Below, one piece after another: positions 62,118 to 64,000 of a stretch of DNA of 64,000 nucleotides. The DNA lies in NCBI GenBank assembly GCA_046756385.1, contig JBHHWG010000001.1, forward strand, positions 7,272 to 71,271. The letters run 5' to 3'. A program made the translations under genes and the position numbers. The stretch is from Sphingomonadales bacterium (GTDB lineage Bacteria; Pseudomonadota; Alphaproteobacteria; CAZZKF01). Below the pieces are notes generated by a model, which was given only the letters and a program-made list of their open reading frames with translations, was not told the DNA's origin and ran no database searches. Each line of letters starts with the position of its first letter. Position 1 is the first letter of the stretch.

Positions 62118-63509
62118 CTATTTGCTGATATGGAGTTGGCGCAAATCGTTGCCTATGGCTCTAAAGGCGGTGCGTAAATCTTCGTTGGATGGGGAGTTGA
62201 AATATTTGGATGAATCGCTGGCGCACTGGCGATAGAGGTTTTGCGTGGTTGCGTTGTTGAGGGCGAAGGTGATCGTGTAGATGACGATGCCCTTGGCTTT
62301 CATGTTGGCGCACACTTCGGCCAGACGGCTGTCCAGCACCGCCGTGGCGCCGGAATAGGAAGCGGTGCCCAAAACCCGATCATCGAGATATTTATATGCC
62401 GTGTAGTCCGACCGGTAGGGCGAGTAAAATATTCTTTTGCCAAACTGATTGACGCCGTCTGTCATCAGAATGGCGGCCTTGGTGTTGTCATCTTCGGCGT
62501 AGGCCCGGCCTTGAGTGAACGGACGCTCGGGCGAGAGCACCCGCCACCCCCAGACCATTCCCAGGTTGCTGAACGTGCCGCCCCACCAAATCTCCATGGC
62601 GTCGATCGCGGCGGTGATCTTCGACTTGGTGCCGGTCAGCGGCGCAATTGGCGTCGGGCAGGCGACATTCGGTCCTCTGACCCGCCAGGGATAGAACGAT
62701 CGGATGACCACCGGCGGCCACCGGTTGTCGACGCCACTGTCGTAGCGATAAACCTTCCATTTGTTGCCGGCGTTCATCGGACTGTCGAGCACGTCATTGG
62801 GGTAAGGTCGCGCCAGGACGCAGCCTTTCCATTTTGTGTTGTTGCTGGGGTCAAAAAATCCCTGTCCAACCTGCGTAACCAGGTTTGGCGCGTCAGCCCC
62901 GACATTGACCGCCGCGGCATAAGGCACGACACCGACCCGGAGCTGATCGTGCACCAAGGCGTCTCCGAACAGAATGTCGACGAGTTCGCGGGCCGCCAGG
63001 CGCAGGGTTTCAAGCTTTTGACCGCGCATCGAGCCGGTATTGTCCAGCACCAGCACGACTTCCATGGCGCTTTCCTCGCGCACGATTTCGGTCGCCGCCG
63101 CGATCGTCAGGTGATCGAACCCGGCCAGCTTCATGAAGCTCGTTTCCATTTCAATCCGCGCGGACACGCGAACGACCGAACCATCGACCTCGACCACCGA
63201 TTGCCCCTTGAGCGCGGCCGCGGCATTTGGATAATTCGCGTTCATGAAGCGATCGAATACGGCCTGTGGCGTCGCGCCGGAATCAAGCGAGGCGCCGACC
63301 GCCAGCCCCGCCGCGTCCAACGCGTGGGATAGCCGGGCGCGTGCGTGATAAGCACGGCTGACATCGACCGCGACCCCCGCGGAAAGCATCAGCGGAACCG
63401 TGGCAAGAGCCAGGTAACTGGTGATCCCGCCCCGCCGGTCGCCGAGCAAACGGTTCCAACCTGCTCGAAGGGCCGCGGGCAGCTTTTTTGTTATCGATAG
63501 TATCGCCAT
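62118..63509 (-). CDS. TadE/TadG-like Flp-pilus assembly protein with vWA domain
   Basis: N-terminal TadE-like hydrophobic segment (GGITSYLALATVPLML), then a vWA domain with MIDAS motif VVLVLDNTGSM. Start is the ATG at 63509 or the upstream ATG at 63563. Confidence 0.7.
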   Translation of the reverse strand: MAILSITKKLPAALRAGWNRLLGDRRGGITSYLALATVPLMLSAGVAVDVSRAYHARARLSHALDAAGLAVGASLDSGATPQAVFDRFMNANYPNAAAALKGQSVVEVDGSVVRVSARIEMETSFMKLAGFDHLTIAAATEIVREESAMEVVLVLDNTGSMRGQKLETLRLAARELVDILFGDALVHDQLRVGVVPYAAAVNVGADAPNLVTQVGQGFFDPSNNTKWKGCVLARPYPNDVLDSPMNAGNKWKVYRYDSGVDNRWPPVVIRSFYPWRVRGPNVACPTPIAPLTGTKSKITAAIDAMEIWWGGTFSNLGMVWGWRVLSPERPFTQGRAYAEDDNTKAAILMTDGVNQFGKRIFYSPYRSDYTAYKYLDDRVLGTASYSGATAVLDSRLAEVCANMKAKGIVIYTITFALNNATTQNLYRQCASDSSKYFNSPSNEDLRTAFRAIGNDLRQLHISK

Positions 63510-63783
63510 TTTTCGTCTGTTCAGAATGGCTTCAGCCCCACCCGGACTGCGCGTCGCTCTCACGGAATGCCCGGACTTGGCGCCGAGGTCGCGACCATTA
63601 GATTTATTGCTATCAACGGTATATAAACAACTCGTTAGGAATCGTTAAAATTCTTCGGGCCATTCCCACCACGGCCCAGCATGCTGTCGGATTTCTTTAC
63701 AGGCTGCTGTATCGGTAACCAATTGAATTTCATGGATATTTTGTCAGACGTGCTCCGAACCAACCCATCCGGAGCCGCCGCAC

Positions 63784-63801
63784 TGTAAAGCGGACTTTAC
63801 A
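63784..63801. promoter_or_regulatory. operator-like perfect inverted repeat
   Basis: TGTAAAG-cgga-CTTTACA, about 65 nt upstream of the sigma54-type element. Confidence 0.35.
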
Positions 63802-63865
63802 CTTTCCTACACTTGCAGCGCGGCAATCGTCGTCAACCCGTTGAAATGCAGGCGATTGCCACTGT

Positions 63866-63880
63866 TGGCACGTATATTGC
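63866..63880 (+). promoter_or_regulatory. sigma54 (RpoN) -24/-12 promoter
   Basis: TGGCAC-gtata-TTGC matches TGGCAC-N5-TTGC with GG-N10-GC spacing. The predicted TSS is about 12 nt downstream, just before the RBS AAAGGAGAGG of the next gene. Confidence 0.5.
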
Positions 63881-63908
63881 GTGCCCTTTCCGCAAAGGAG
63901 AGGTCACA

Positions 63909-64000
63909 TGAAAGCTTTCATCAAATGGCTGCCCGTGCTTGCGCTGGCAATGGCGTTGGTCGCACCGGAAAAGGGCTTGGCTTTGCCAATCGATCCCGGT
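63909..64000 (+). CDS. secreted protein, 5' partial (window end)
   Basis: ATG 6 nt after an AAAGGAGAGG RBS. The N-terminus MKAFIKWLPVLALAMALVAPEKGLA is a signal peptide. Truncated by the window edge. Confidence 0.5.

Overview
This is a GC-rich (about 62%) alphaproteobacterial chromosomal segment with Rhodospirillales/Rhizobiales-like synteny. It is mostly core genes and shows no IS elements, integrases, phage genes or CRISPR arrays.

Main content, in order:
- A TonB-dependent receptor, a carboxymuconolactone-decarboxylase (CMD) family gene, gloB, a secreted His-rich protein, an ACT-domain protein, mlaC, cytochrome c2 and an alanine/sodium symporter with an N-terminal extension.
- A secreted FGE-like enzyme operon, a DUF2336 gene, a 993-aa membrane-anchored coiled-coil protein, and a phosphorelay-like module consisting of a receiver with Asn at the phospho-site coupled to an Hpt protein.
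- A TPR/GT9-like fusion, then ftsB-like-pdhA-pdhB-pdhC-lpdA-lipA, a ratA-like gene, cinA/pgpA/ispDF, and dusB-ntrB-ntrC-ntrY-ntrX-trkA-dat-hfq-hflX.
- groES-groEL with a sigma70-type promoter and a CIRCE element, then mazG and the minus-strand run mltB-rlpA-dacC-tmk-holB-metG-tatD-MBL hydrolase.
- tRNA-Ser and tRNA-Glu flanking a TPR gene remnant and a 17-nt tandem repeat; then hom-glpX-recJ, a gamma-CA gene and argC.
- A small apparently accessory islet between argC and rpsI: an S-adenosylhomocysteine-hydrolase-like paralog whose catalytic residues are replaced, next to a higBA toxin-antitoxin pair whose higB carries a frameshift.
- rplM-rpsI, an hpf-like gene, cutA-ctaA, a TadG-like vWA pilus protein, and a sigma54-type promoter upstream of a truncated secreted-protein gene.

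The strongest candidates for something undescribed are the SAHH-like pseudoenzyme islet, the Asn-receiver/Hpt module with its neighbours, and the secreted FGE-like two-gene operon. CDS coordinates follow the supplied ORF track; coordinates of non-coding features were read by eye and may be off by 1-2 nt.
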